This document shows positions 18,296 to 28,704 of a stretch of DNA of 64,000 nt, piece after piece. The notes under the pieces are model-generated. The model saw only the letters and a program-made list of their open reading frames with translations, had not been told where the DNA came from and searched no databases. The DNA comes from Chloroflexota bacterium (GTDB lineage: Bacteria; Chloroflexota; Dehalococcoidia; JACPPY01): the NCBI GenBank assembly GCA_016190755.1, contig JACPPY010000055.1:7899-71898 (forward strand), in the 5' to 3' direction. The position numbers and the translations under genes were made by a program. Position 1 is the first letter of the stretch; each line of letters opens with the position of its first letter.

Positions 18296-19333
18296 ATGGA
18301 GCCCAGAGTGGGCATGGTTTACGACCCCATGTATCTGGAGCATGACACCGGAACACATGTGGAATCGGCGCAAAGGCTGATACAAACTGTGTCGGTCCTC
18401 AAATCCAGCGGCACTATGCGAAGGCTGCTCAAGCTCAAGCCACGCCCGGCGACTGTCGAGGAGGTGGAACTCGTCCACTCCCGGGACTATGTCAATTGTG
18501 TCAAGGCCTTCACCAACGAGGGTGGAGGCTGGCTCGATGCAGACACTGTAGTATCGCGGAACTCGTACCAAGTAGCGCTTCTGGCCGCCGGAGGGGTGAT
18601 AGCGGCGACGGAGAATGTATCGCGACGGCGAGTGACAAGCGCCTTTGCCCTGGTGAGACCCCCCGGCCACCACGCCACAAGGTCTGCTGCAATGGGGTTC
18701 TGCCTGTTCAACAACGTGGCCATCGCAGCCCGCCGTCTACTGGCGGGCGAAGAGTACAGGCGAATTCTGATAGTAGATTTCGATACTCACCATGGCAACG
18801 GCACACAGGAGGCCTTTTACAAGGACTCCAGAGTGCTTTACTTCTCAGTGCATCAGTCACCACTGTATCCGGGCACCGGCTCTACCGCTGAAATAGGCTC
18901 CGGAGAAGGTCTGGGATTCACAGTAAACGTGCCGCTTCCGCCGTGGAGCGGCGACAACGAATACGGCAGAGTCTTTGCTAATATTCTCGTGCCGGTCGCG
19001 AGCCGCTTCAGGCCTGAGTTCATACTGGTCTCGGCCGGCTACGATGCTCACTGGGCAGACGATATTTCGGCCATGCAACTGACTACGTCCGGATACGTGA
19101 ACATGGTCCGCACCATCAAACAACTGGCGGACGAGCACTGTGAAGGTCGACTCGTGTTCACGTTAGAGGGAGGTTACAACCTCGTGGCCCTATCTTCTTC
19201 CGTCCGGGCGACATTGCAGGTCGTGCTGGGCGATACGGACATACACGACCCGCTGGGCAAGCCGAAGGGACGATATAAGCAGCCGGACATTAGTGGCCTC
19301 TTGAATGAGTTAAAGAGGATTTACCACCTTTAG
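18296..19333 (+). CDS. Histone deacetylase family protein (AcuC/acetylpolyamine amidohydrolase-like)
   Basis: [21 protein letters not shown] motifs. Confidence 0.9.
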   Translation: MEPRVGMVYDPMYLEHDTGTHVESAQRLIQTVSVLKSSGTMRRLLKLKPRPATVEEVELVHSRDYVNCVKAFTNEGGGWLDADTVVSRNSYQVALLAAGGVIAATENVSRRRVTSAFALVRPPGHHATRSAAMGFCLFNNVAIAARRLLAGEEYRRILIVDFDTHHGNGTQEAFYKDSRVLYFSVHQSPLYPGTGSTAEIGSGEGLGFTVNVPLPPWSGDNEYGRVFANILVPVASRFRPEFILVSAGYDAHWADDISAMQLTTSGYVNMVRTIKQLADEHCEGRLVFTLEGGYNLVALSSSVRATLQVVLGDTDIHDPLGKPKGRYKQPDISGLLNELKRIYHL

Positions 19334-19359
19334 CACTGTGTCCGGTTCCCGTTGTCTCA

Positions 19360-20577
19360 TCATGTGAAGAAGCGGCAGAAGACCTGGTTGCCCAGCAGTC
19401 TGCCCCTGGGAGTCAGGCGTATACCCTGGCCATCGCCGGAAACGAGCCCAAGCCTTATCAGGTCTTCTATTTCCTTGCCGTAGACTTCGTACACTGGACG
19501 TCCAAAGCGCCGGGCGAAATCGTCAGCCAGAACTCCCTCTGATAGCCGCAGGGAAAGCATCATGGTTTCGGCCATAGCCGTCCTCTCTGTGATATGCTCC
19601 ATGGTGTCTATGGGAAGACCTTCTCGAGCGGCATCTCCCCAGGGTCCAAGGCCAGGTGCAATCATCCGTTGAGGGCGTCTCCCCGACTCCAGGTACTCCA
19701 TATATTCCAGGGGCAGACGTATGTTGGAAAAGCGGTACGATGCCACATACGAATGGGCTCCGGCACCCAGTCCCAGGTATGGACGGCCGTGCCAGCAGTC
19801 CAGGTTGTGTCTGCACTCTCTGCCCGGCCTGGCCCAGTTAGAAATCTCGTAGTGCTCGTACCCGGCAGAACTTAGCAACTCCTCAGCCATCAAGTACATA
19901 TCGGCGGCGGTATCCGGATCCGGTTCCGGCAGCAGGCCTGATCTGACGGCCTCCGCCAAAGGTGTTCCCTCCTCAAGCGTCAACGCATAGGCGGATAAAT
20001 GTGCCGGGGACAACGAGATGGCCTCCTCCAGCGTGTTTCGCCATGTTTCAACTCTCTGGCCGGGCAACCCATATATCAAGTCAATGCTGATGTTGGAGAT
20101 GCCGGCTGATGTCGCGGCTCCCAGAGCTGCTCTGGCTTCACTCGCCGTGTGAATCCTTCCAAGCAGACGCAATTCCTTATCGTCGAGACTTTGCACTCCA
20201 ACGCTGAGACGATTGATTCCGGCTTGCAGTAGTCCCTCCAAACTTTCCTTGTCGATTAGTCCCGGGTTGGCTTCGACAGTAACCTCGGGCGCGGCATCAA
20301 CCTCGAACGACGCCCTGGTCGCTTCAAGCAACTTCCGAACCCGCTCGGCCCCGAGCAGCACAGGGGTGCCGCCGCCGAAGTATATTGAGGAGATGTGACT
20401 CCGGCCCAGAGACCACGGCCTGGCAATTGCCCATGTCTTCAACTCCAGTTCCATGGTCGAGGCATACCGTGGGATAACTTGTTCCATGCCGGCATACGAG
20501 TTGAAATCGCAGTACAAGCATTTGGACCGGCAGAAGGGCACGTGGAAGTAAAGGTTGTTTACACCAGTTTCGTACAA
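19360..20577 (-). CDS. hemW: Radical SAM heme chaperone HemW (coproporphyrinogen III oxidase-like)
   Basis: LYFHVPFCRSKCLYCDF radical-SAM motif. The ORF-track 5' extension overlaps the upstream CDF gene. The in-frame TTG at 20577, just after the CDF stop, is the likely start. Confidence 0.85.
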   Translation of the reverse strand: MYETGVNNLYFHVPFCRSKCLYCDFNSYAGMEQVIPRYASTMELELKTWAIARPWSLGRSHISSIYFGGGTPVLLGAERVRKLLEATRASFEVDAAPEVTVEANPGLIDKESLEGLLQAGINRLSVGVQSLDDKELRLLGRIHTASEARAALGAATSAGISNISIDLIYGLPGQRVETWRNTLEEAISLSPAHLSAYALTLEEGTPLAEAVRSGLLPEPDPDTAADMYLMAEELLSSAGYEHYEISNWARPGRECRHNLDCWHGRPYLGLGAGAHSYVASYRFSNIRLPLEYMEYLESGRRPQRMIAPGLGPWGDAAREGLPIDTMEHITERTAMAETMMLSLRLSEGVLADDFARRFGRPVYEVYGKEIEDLIRLGLVSGDGQGIRLTPRGRLLGNQVFCRFFT

Positions 20578-20584
20578 TTGTCGC

Positions 20585-21532
20585 CTAGGTTGCAGATGAT
20601 TTGTGGTCCGAGCCTTTCTGCAAAGAGCATGCCACGGCACATCGGTCGCATTCGGTGCTGGCACAGGGCTCGACGTGGATAGTAACGTTGACGTCCCGCA
20701 GCTTGGTGAGCATGTCCTGTTCGAGGTGATCGCACATAGCGTGGGCGCTCTCGAGACTGATATCACGCGACATCACAAGGTGCAGGTCGACCTGACGCTG
20801 GCTGCCCGCCTTTCGGGTCCGCAGGGCATGGAAGCCGACTACTTCGCCGAAGTGCTCAGCAATAGCCGAGCGTATAATGGACTCTTCCTCCAACGGCAAT
20901 CTCACGTCCATCAATCCACGCAAGGCCTTGGCGCTTATGTTGTATGCAGCCCTGACTACAAGGCCGGCGACGCCCAGCGCCATGATCGAGTCCAGTATGT
21001 CCAAACCGGTGAGCCTTACAGCTACCAACCCCAGCATGACGCCCAACGACGTGTACGCATCGGTGTTCAGATGGGCCGCATCCGCCTCCAGTGCCAGCGA
21101 ATCTGTATCACGTGATACCTTTGTCAGACGACGAGATACCGCGATATTAACGATCACAGATACGAGCATCACCCCGATGCCCACATCGGTTAGCTTGAGC
21201 GAGGAACCCTCTATGATGCGTGAAATCGCCTGTTGAACAATCAGGGCGACAGCGACAAAGATAAGTGCCGCTTCGATCAGCCCACTTATGCTCTCTGCCT
21301 TGCCATGACCAAATGGATGTTCTTTGTCCGCAGGTTGCCCGGAGACCCTTACGGAAACCAGCGCAATTAAGGCGGCCACCAAGTCGAAGAGGCTGTGGAT
21401 AGCCTCAGCGACAATGCTGATGCTGCCCGTGATCACGCCTGCCGTAAGCTTGATCAGGATCAGAAGAGAGTTGGAGATAACTGAGAGCTTGGCAGCTCCA
21501 ACCTTTGTCCTAGACATCTCTGTGGGCCTCAA
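20585..21532 (-). CDS. Cation diffusion facilitator family transporter
   Basis: Six-TM CDF pattern (AEAIHSLFD, HLNTDAY) and a C-terminal cytoplasmic domain. Cys-rich tail PCASTECDRCAVAC. Confidence 0.9.
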   Translation of the reverse strand: MRPTEMSRTKVGAAKLSVISNSLLILIKLTAGVITGSISIVAEAIHSLFDLVAALIALVSVRVSGQPADKEHPFGHGKAESISGLIEAALIFVAVALIVQQAISRIIEGSSLKLTDVGIGVMLVSVIVNIAVSRRLTKVSRDTDSLALEADAAHLNTDAYTSLGVMLGLVAVRLTGLDILDSIMALGVAGLVVRAAYNISAKALRGLMDVRLPLEEESIIRSAIAEHFGEVVGFHALRTRKAGSQRQVDLHLVMSRDISLESAHAMCDHLEQDMLTKLRDVNVTIHVEPCASTECDRCAVACSLQKGSDHKSSAT

Positions 21533-21572
21533 CGTCTACCGGTAAGACGCTATCTCACCCTTTTGATGTCGC

Positions 21573-22748
21573 TCAGGCCGCAGGTCGAAGGAACGGGAGC
21601 CAGCCCACAAATCTCCTCCACTCCTTGCGCTCCCACACGACCAGAAGCTGACTGGCCACGAATATTGAGCTGTAGGTGCCCACTATTATCCCGAGCAACA
21701 TCACAAGGATGAAGTAGCGAATGGTGACTCCCCCGATTAGAAACAACGCCAGCAATACGAAGAGCGTTGTCAGGCTGGTGTTCAAAGAACGTCCTAACGT
21801 TTCCATTATACTGCTGTTCACAGTCACAACGAAGTCTTTGCTTATGCCACGGCCCATGTTTTCCCGTATCCTGTCGAACACAACTATCGTGTCGTGTACG
21901 CTGTAGCCCACTACAGTCAATGCTCCCGTGATGAACATCGCGTCGACCTCCACCCCCAGGACCTTACCCAGTATGGCGAAGGTACCCAGCACGAAGAGCA
22001 CATCATGCACCAGGGCTATTACTGCACAGGTCCCCCAGCGGAATGGCCTGGGCATGCGGCGGAAAGCGTAGCTGACATATAGCAGTATGGCTATCGAAGC
22101 AACGACAACGGCGAGCACCGCCTTTTGGACCACACCCGATGCAACGGCAGCGGAGACAGAGTAGAAGTCGAACTCGCCGAAATCACCGAAGGAGCTTCTG
22201 AGAGTGGCCTCGAATTTCCCCCTGGCGGACGATGAAGCGTCGGCACCGCCAGTCCCTTGCTCTATCGTCTTCGTGCGAACCAGAAACGCAGGACTGGACG
22301 CCTTCTGTATCCCCGTAGTCGCAATCCCTGCGCTGCGCAGCGCAGCTTCCACATCAGCTTGCTGCACCGAGCGAGAAAGGGTTATGGTGCCCACGGTATT
22401 GCCGCCCTGCTCAGCGGTATGCAAGAATACGGCGGACGGGCCGAACTTATCCTTCAAGGCCTTGTCCATGGCCGCAATTCTATCGGCAGGCAATATGCCG
22501 GCGGATGTGAGGTCGTAGCTGGGCAGGTTCGTATCCTGGATCACGGCCTCCGTGTAGCCGAGGTCCGACAGTTTCTGGCGCAATTCCGCTTCGGACACAG
22601 GCTTGGAAAACGCCAGCGTCATGCGTGTGCCGCTGCTGAATTCCAGGCCGGGCTGGATTCGAAACGCGGCCAGCGCTACAATGGCCACGATCAGCATTAC
22701 CAGTGAGATGAGCAAGTATACAAACCGGCGTTCAACAAAGTCAATCAT
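21573..22748 (-). CDS. secF: Protein translocase subunit SecF
   Basis: SecF-type TM bundle (HDTIVVFDRIRE) directly downstream of secD. Confidence 0.9.
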   Translation of the reverse strand: MIDFVERRFVYLLISLVMLIVAIVALAAFRIQPGLEFSSGTRMTLAFSKPVSEAELRQKLSDLGYTEAVIQDTNLPSYDLTSAGILPADRIAAMDKALKDKFGPSAVFLHTAEQGGNTVGTITLSRSVQQADVEAALRSAGIATTGIQKASSPAFLVRTKTIEQGTGGADASSSARGKFEATLRSSFGDFGEFDFYSVSAAVASGVVQKAVLAVVVASIAILLYVSYAFRRMPRPFRWGTCAVIALVHDVLFVLGTFAILGKVLGVEVDAMFITGALTVVGYSVHDTIVVFDRIRENMGRGISKDFVVTVNSSIMETLGRSLNTSLTTLFVLLALFLIGGVTIRYFILVMLLGIIVGTYSSIFVASQLLVVWERKEWRRFVGWLPFLRPAA

Positions 22749-22763
22749 TTTTTCTTAGTCCTC

Positions 22764-24152
22764 TTACATAGTGCCTGGGCGCGGCGTCATTACGCGTGTT
22801 CCCATGAACACACGTATGAGAGTCCGCGTCACAGTCAGCGCCGTGAACATGCTCACAGCTACGCCGATGAACAACGTCAGGGCAAAGCCCTGCACCATGG
22901 CAGCACCAAACGTGCTGCCCATCCAGTACAGGACGGCGCAGGTTATGAACGTGGAAACGTTGCTGTCTCGAATGGAGCTCCATGCCCGATCAAACCCTCT
23001 CTGGACCGCCGCGCCCACACCCAGGCCTGAGCGCAGCTCTTCTCGCAGCCTTTCGAATACCAGCACATTGGCGTCGACGGCCATGCCAATGGAGATAATG
23101 ACGCCAGCTATGCCGGGCAGTGTGAGTGTAACCGGGATGAGTTTGAATATCGCCAGCAGGATAACCCCGTAGATGAGCAGCGCCATGCCGGCCAATGTGC
23201 CGGGGATACGATAGTAAGCCACCATGAAGATAAACACCATGGCAAGGCCGATGATGCCGGCGGTAAGGCTCAGCCTCAGGGAATCGGCTCCACTTGTAGC
23301 ATCAACATCAAGCTCCTGCACGATCTTCAAAGGCGCATCCAGCGAACCGGAGTTAAGCTGTATTGCCAGCAATCGTCCTTCTTCCAGCGTGACACCATTG
23401 ATCACGCCCTTGTCCCGAATCACAGACTGGACTCTGGGAGCTGTTATCAACTGCTGGTCCAGGAATATGCCAAGTGGTTTTTGAAGCATCCTCCTGGTTA
23501 TCTGCTCAAAGAGTGTCGCCCCCTCAGACCTCCACTCGAAAGAGACCTCCGGTTCATTCGTATTCGGAGCTAGCACCACCTGGGAGTTTGACTTCAAGAA
23601 TCTGCCGGTCAGGGCTTCTTCCTGACCATTCGAGCCCACTGCCTTGGACTCGATCCAGGTGATCTTGCCCTGCTCGGTAAGCTGCTTGATAGTGGAAAAG
23701 CCAACAGTATCCCAGGGTACCTTCTGCTGGGTGCCATCTTGCCACATCAAGTTCCCAGACGCGTCTAGGCTATCAGGGCTCAGCTCCATGAACTTCAACT
23801 CGGCCGTCTGTCCGATCAACGTCTTTGCCTGCTCGATATCTTTCACGCCCGGCAACTGGACCAGTATCTGGTTTACGCCGCCGGTCTGTATAACCGGTTC
23901 GGTGACGCCGAAGGCGTCGACACGGTTACGTATCTTCTGCACTACGGCTTCCATGACGTCAGCGTCGCTCTGGCCCGGTTCCTTCTTGGTCAGGTCAGCC
24001 TCGTACACCAACTGGGTGCCGCCGCGCAGGTCCAACCCAAGGCGGAACCCCTCCCGACCGAGGCGTTCGCCGTCCAGAGGCAAAATGGCCCAAAGCGAAA
24101 ACGCGACGATCGCAAGTATAAAGAGCAGCATGTAGTTGTTCTTCGTTGTCAT
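22764..24152 (-). CDS. secD: Protein translocase subunit SecD
   Basis: LGLDLRGG, GIAGVIISIGMAVDANVLVFERLREE. Confidence 0.9.
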   Translation of the reverse strand: MTTKNNYMLLFILAIVAFSLWAILPLDGERLGREGFRLGLDLRGGTQLVYEADLTKKEPGQSDADVMEAVVQKIRNRVDAFGVTEPVIQTGGVNQILVQLPGVKDIEQAKTLIGQTAELKFMELSPDSLDASGNLMWQDGTQQKVPWDTVGFSTIKQLTEQGKITWIESKAVGSNGQEEALTGRFLKSNSQVVLAPNTNEPEVSFEWRSEGATLFEQITRRMLQKPLGIFLDQQLITAPRVQSVIRDKGVINGVTLEEGRLLAIQLNSGSLDAPLKIVQELDVDATSGADSLRLSLTAGIIGLAMVFIFMVAYYRIPGTLAGMALLIYGVILLAIFKLIPVTLTLPGIAGVIISIGMAVDANVLVFERLREELRSGLGVGAAVQRGFDRAWSSIRDSNVSTFITCAVLYWMGSTFGAAMVQGFALTLFIGVAVSMFTALTVTRTLIRVFMGTRVMTPRPGTM

Positions 24153-25648
24153 TTCGTTCTCTCTCGTTCTTTAATGGAGGCCAGCAGACCACGCGTGCAC
24201 TCGATCGCTTCCTCCCTGGTGGAAATCTCGCCGGCCGCTTGCGCCTCGCGCACCTGCTGAAGAACGGCACCAAGCTCTGGCCCAGGCTGTACCCCAAAGG
24301 TTTTCATGATATCATATCCGTCAATAATCTTGGGGCTGGCAATGACCGTCTCCTGGCGCTCGTGCTCGATAAGCACATAAGCCATCAGCTCGGTATGGCC
24401 GCGCCAGTCCTCTATATCCAGCAACGGCCCTCTGGCGGCCAGGTAGTCGGCCAGGGACAAGAAGAACACATCGATCCCCGCGTCCCCGGTATCCCGGAAA
24501 TACCTGTAGATAGCCCGACGGGTCGGCATTGTGCCCTGACCCTGACTGAGCTGCCCCGGGCGCAAATGATAGTCCACCTCGACCTCCACGAGGCTCGCCT
24601 CACGGGCACTGAATCTAAGCCGCTCTAACGCCGACCGAGCAACCGAGGCGCCAATCTTTGCATGACCCAGGAAACGATATCTTCCCGAGGCGTCTATGGA
24701 CTTCGTCCCCGGCTTGGCTACGTCGTGCAGCAGGCAGGCAAGCTTCAGCACCATCCCCCTGCTACTGCCCTTCGTCACCGGCGCGGCGAAGTGCTTGGCC
24801 AATGCCGCCGACCAGGGCACAGCGGAAAGAACTTCGTTTCCATTATACGGCCACTCGCCCTGGTGCATGAGGAACTCGGCTGCCGCAACCGTCTTCTTGC
24901 AATGCTCCAGGACGTCCCAGTAGTGCTCCTTGGGCTGTTCGAGCCCACGGGCTGGCGCAAGCTCCGGGAAGACTACCAGCAGCAGGCCGAGTCGGTCCAT
25001 GTAATCAAAAAGTTCCGCAGTGTGCGGCAGGGACAAAATGCGCTCCAGATCTTCATGGACCCTTTCTCCCGCGACGCTGGCGAGAAGGCTGGCATCCCGC
25101 CTTACTATCTGTTCGGTCTGCCGTTCCACTATGAGCCCTAGCTGCCCACAAAGCCTGATAGCGCGCAACAGCCGTGCCGGGTCTGAACAGAAGATGCCGT
25201 CGCTGACTGCGCGCAAGCGCTTTTCAATAAGGTCTTCTCTGCCATGGAACGGATCTATGATGGACCATGACTCGGGCGCACTCTGCACATATCGCACATC
25301 AACCGCCATGGCATTTACTGTAAAATCCCGTCTGGAGAGGTCGCTTTCGATGTCTCTTTCAAAGCCGGAGAAATCCACGCACAGCCTTTGCATATCAGAT
25401 AGAAAAGCAACTCGGGCCACCCTGTTGGTCTCATCCAGTACCACGTACCTGCCATCCAATTCATCCGCCACCCGCTTTCCAATCTGTAGGGAATCACCAT
25501 AGACTGCAATATCGATGTCATCCGTGGAACGGCCCAGCAGGGTATCCCTTACATAACCACCCACAGCGAAGGCTGTGATGCCAAGCCTGTCCAGCAGGCG
25601 GGCAATGCCTTCCAGATTTGGAATTCGCTGTAGCAGCCCATTACTCAA
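24149..25648 (-). CDS. cca: CCA tRNA nucleotidyltransferase (polyA polymerase head domain + HD domain)
   Basis: GGYVRD, RRDFTVNA, and an HD domain (LLHDVAKP). 4-nt overlaps with def and secD. Confidence 0.8.
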   Translation of the reverse strand: MSNGLLQRIPNLEGIARLLDRLGITAFAVGGYVRDTLLGRSTDDIDIAVYGDSLQIGKRVADELDGRYVVLDETNRVARVAFLSDMQRLCVDFSGFERDIESDLSRRDFTVNAMAVDVRYVQSAPESWSIIDPFHGREDLIEKRLRAVSDGIFCSDPARLLRAIRLCGQLGLIVERQTEQIVRRDASLLASVAGERVHEDLERILSLPHTAELFDYMDRLGLLLVVFPELAPARGLEQPKEHYWDVLEHCKKTVAAAEFLMHQGEWPYNGNEVLSAVPWSAALAKHFAAPVTKGSSRGMVLKLACLLHDVAKPGTKSIDASGRYRFLGHAKIGASVARSALERLRFSAREASLVEVEVDYHLRPGQLSQGQGTMPTRRAIYRYFRDTGDAGIDVFFLSLADYLAARGPLLDIEDWRGHTELMAYVLIEHERQETVIASPKIIDGYDIMKTFGVQPGPELGAVLQQVREAQAAGEISTREEAIECTRGLLASIKERERTK

Positions 25649-26160
25649 GAGGTACTAGCCTCCGAAGTGGCCTTTTCCTCTATAGGCACTGGTATAGGCA
25701 CTGGCACTAGCTTGTCTTTGCTTTCCAGCCGGTCTATATAAAGGACTCCGTTCAGATGATCGATCTCGTGTTCCAGTATCTGGGCAAGAAGATCACGTCC
25801 CTTGAGTCGCACCTCATTACCCTCCCGGTCCATTCCCTTGACCCTGATCCAGACACAACGCGTTAGCTCAGCTTTATAACCCGGCAGGCTCAGACATCCC
25901 TCTTCACACACCTGCGCACCACCCTTCCGGATCACCTGGGGATTGACGAGCGCGACAATACCTTTTTCCGGCACGTCAACGACGATCACGCGCAGCGACA
26001 CTCCAATTTGGGGCGCAGCCAGTCCCACACCCGGAGCTGCCTTTACGGTCTCCACCATATCGTTGATCAATTGCTTGACGGATTCATCGACAACCGGCAC
26101 CTGCTTCGCCTTTTCCCGAAGCACAGGGTCCGGGAATGTCCTTATCGTCCTAATAGCCAC
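25645..26160 (-). CDS. def: Peptide deformylase
   Basis: GVGLAAPQIG, EGCLS, HEIDHLNG. Confidence 0.92.
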   Translation of the reverse strand: MAIRTIRTFPDPVLREKAKQVPVVDESVKQLINDMVETVKAAPGVGLAAPQIGVSLRVIVVDVPEKGIVALVNPQVIRKGGAQVCEEGCLSLPGYKAELTRCVWIRVKGMDREGNEVRLKGRDLLAQILEHEIDHLNGVLYIDRLESKDKLVPVPIPVPIEEKATSEASTS

Positions 26161-26246
26161 TAGCTATTGTGCTCCCGATATCGCCAAATGGCCCATATCC
26201 TTGTGATTATAGCTAACAATGGTACAGACCGCAAAAGCAGTATGTC

Positions 26247-28679
26247 TCATAGCAGGTTAACAGGATCAACATCCACGACCCAGCCATCAGGGAGTTGAAG
26301 GTTTCTAATAACAGATGATGGGGCCGACCCTCGTATGATCAGTTGCCAGCGGAACCTGCCCCGTACACGGCGCACGAAGGCCGGCACCGGGCCCACGATC
26401 TCTACGCCCGCCATGCCCTCGGCGGTTTTCTCTGTTGAGATCAATTCTTTTAACCGACCTGCCTCGCGCTCGCACGCGCTCTCGTTCGGATGACTGTATA
26501 CCAGTCTTACCAACCTGCTGAAAGGTGGCAGGCCGAGAGACCTTCGGTATGCGATTTCCCGCTGGTAAAAGGCTAGGTAGTCGTGTGCGGACGCCGCCCT
26601 CACAGAGTAGTGCTCCGGACTGTACGTCTGTATGATCGCACGGCCGGTTCCTTCGCTCCTGCCCGCCCTGCCGGCCACCTGGCAAAGCAGTTGGAAGGTA
26701 CGCTCGGCAGACCGAAAGTCGGGAAGGTATAATCCTACGTCTGCGCTGATGACTCCGACCAGGGTCACCAGCGGCATGTCCAGCCCCTTGGCCAACATCT
26801 GCGTGCCTATTAAGATATCGGCTTCATAGTTCAGGAAGCGGTGCAATATCCGTTCGCCCGAGCGCTTGGTCCGGTCCATGTCCCTGTCCCACCTGAGGGT
26901 CCGCGCATCCGGAAAGGCTTCCTTTACGAGCTCCTCTACCTTCTCCGTGCCTGCTCCAAGCAGACGGATACGCAGGCTCTGGCAGACGGGACAGGTCGTG
27001 GGCACCTTGTACCGTCTGTTACACCTGTGGCACAGCAGTCCCTCATGTGCTAAATGGTATGTGAGGCTCACATCACAGCGCCGACAGCGGACTACATGTC
27101 CACAGTTGCGACACTGCACAAAGGTGGCTGCACCCCGCCGGTTCAAGAACAGTATAGCCTGCTCCTTGCGGTCCAGGACCCCGCGTATGGCCTCGGTTAG
27201 TGCACGGCTGAAGATACCCCTGTTCCCAGACCTCAACTCCTCCCGCATATCGACGGTCTCCACGAGCGGCAGCGGTAGGATGCCCTTTCGCGCCACTCGC
27301 TCTTCCAGGCGCAACATAGTGTATCTGCCCCGTTCCGCTCTATGGTAGGTCACTACGTCTGGAGTAGCGCTTCCCAACACCACAGTGGCACCCCATAGCT
27401 CAGACATCTTCAACGCCACATCCCGGGAATGATACCGAGGAGCATGTTCCTCTTGCTTATAGTTCCAATCGTGCTCCTCGTCCAGCACGATCAGCCCCAG
27501 GTCCGGCTGTGGAGCAAATAGCGCGCTCCTTGGCCCGATAACAACATCAAAATCTCCCCGTTTGATCCTCCGCCACTCGTCGAATTTCTCTCCTGGCGAC
27601 AGCCTGCTGTGCAAGACAGCAACGCGCCCGGGAAACCGAGAGGCAAAGCGATCGATAGTCTGCAGCGTCAAGGAGATCTCCGGCACCAGCACTATACCAC
27701 GCCTGCCCAGGCTTACCGCAGTCTCCAGGGCACGCAAGTAGACCTCAGTCTTGCCGCTGCCGGTGACACCAAAGAGCAGCAGGGCCCGGGGTGCGCCTTC
27801 CGCTTGCTTCAGGCTACGCTCGATCGCCTGACAGGCGGACTGCTGCCCTCCGGTAAGCACCGGCGCCTCTGACACGCGGTGCAACATATGCGACAACGGG
27901 TCCCGCAGGACTTCCCTTCGTTCGATCACCAGTAGGCCGCGGCGAGCGAGCAAGGACAACGTATTGTCTGAAGCACCGGTTGCCCTTTCCACCTCCACCA
28001 GCGGCAAGGCGCCACCACATTCTGCGAGCAACCTAATGGCCGCCGCTTGGGCTTCACCGGATTTAAGACTTCTCAGCTCACCCGCCCGGACATTGGCCTC
28101 CGCAGCCGATATGCACAGCCTGGCATAAGAGGCCATCTTAGGCTTCACTTTGATATCTTTCAGCCCGTAGGTACGCGCCACGACACCGCGCTTCACCAGA
28201 CCGCTGATAATGTGTCTCGCCTCCGCCTTCCCAACCAATTGCTCGACGCGCTTGACATCCAACCTGCGGTGCCTGCCGGCCTCGGAGACCACCTGCGCCT
28301 CATCCGCGTCCAGCGAACCACCGTCGGGGACACTGCCCACCAATTCCACGAAGTTGACCACAGATCGCTCGAAACCCGGGGGCAGCATGAGAGACAGACA
28401 ATCGAACAAGGGGGATAGATAGCGTTCACTCAGCCAGCACGCGAGAGCCACCTGGGTCTCTGTCAGAATCGGCTGATCATCCGTCGTGCCGAGAAGATCC
28501 CTGGTTTCGGGCACCCCCGGCAGGTCGGTTAGTTCAACAACCACTCCCTGAAGGGTGCGCGACCCAAATGGCACCCAGACCCCACTGCCCACACGGACGG
28601 TCATGCCCGCCGGAATCCTGTAGGAAAAAGGGCGCCGGTGGGCAACAGGACTGTTGACGGCTACCTCAGCAAAACCCAC
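26247..28679 (-). CDS. priA: Primosomal protein N' (replication restart helicase PriA)
   Basis: GVTGSGKTEVY, DEEHD, and Cys4 zinc-finger pairs (CRNCGH..CRRC, CHRC..CPVC). The start is moved to GTG 28679, which gives the typical N-terminus VGFAEVAVNSP. The longer ORF overlaps rplS in another frame. Confidence 0.9.
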   Translation of the reverse strand: MGFAEVAVNSPVAHRRPFSYRIPAGMTVRVGSGVWVPFGSRTLQGVVVELTDLPGVPETRDLLGTTDDQPILTETQVALACWLSERYLSPLFDCLSLMLPPGFERSVVNFVELVGSVPDGGSLDADEAQVVSEAGRHRRLDVKRVEQLVGKAEARHIISGLVKRGVVARTYGLKDIKVKPKMASYARLCISAAEANVRAGELRSLKSGEAQAAAIRLLAECGGALPLVEVERATGASDNTLSLLARRGLLVIERREVLRDPLSHMLHRVSEAPVLTGGQQSACQAIERSLKQAEGAPRALLLFGVTGSGKTEVYLRALETAVSLGRRGIVLVPEISLTLQTIDRFASRFPGRVAVLHSRLSPGEKFDEWRRIKRGDFDVVIGPRSALFAPQPDLGLIVLDEEHDWNYKQEEHAPRYHSRDVALKMSELWGATVVLGSATPDVVTYHRAERGRYTMLRLEERVARKGILPLPLVETVDMREELRSGNRGIFSRALTEAIRGVLDRKEQAILFLNRRGAATFVQCRNCGHVVRCRRCDVSLTYHLAHEGLLCHRCNRRYKVPTTCPVCQSLRIRLLGAGTEKVEELVKEAFPDARTLRWDRDMDRTKRSGERILHRFLNYEADILIGTQMLAKGLDMPLVTLVGVISADVGLYLPDFRSAERTFQLLCQVAGRAGRSEGTGRAIIQTYSPEHYSVRAASAHDYLAFYQREIAYRRSLGLPPFSRLVRLVYSHPNESACEREAGRLKELISTEKTAEGMAGVEIVGPVPAFVRRVRGRFRWQLIIRGSAPSSVIRNLQLPDGWVVDVDPVNLL

Positions 28680-28704
28680 CTCAAGCCTACGAATGGTCCG
28701 ACTA

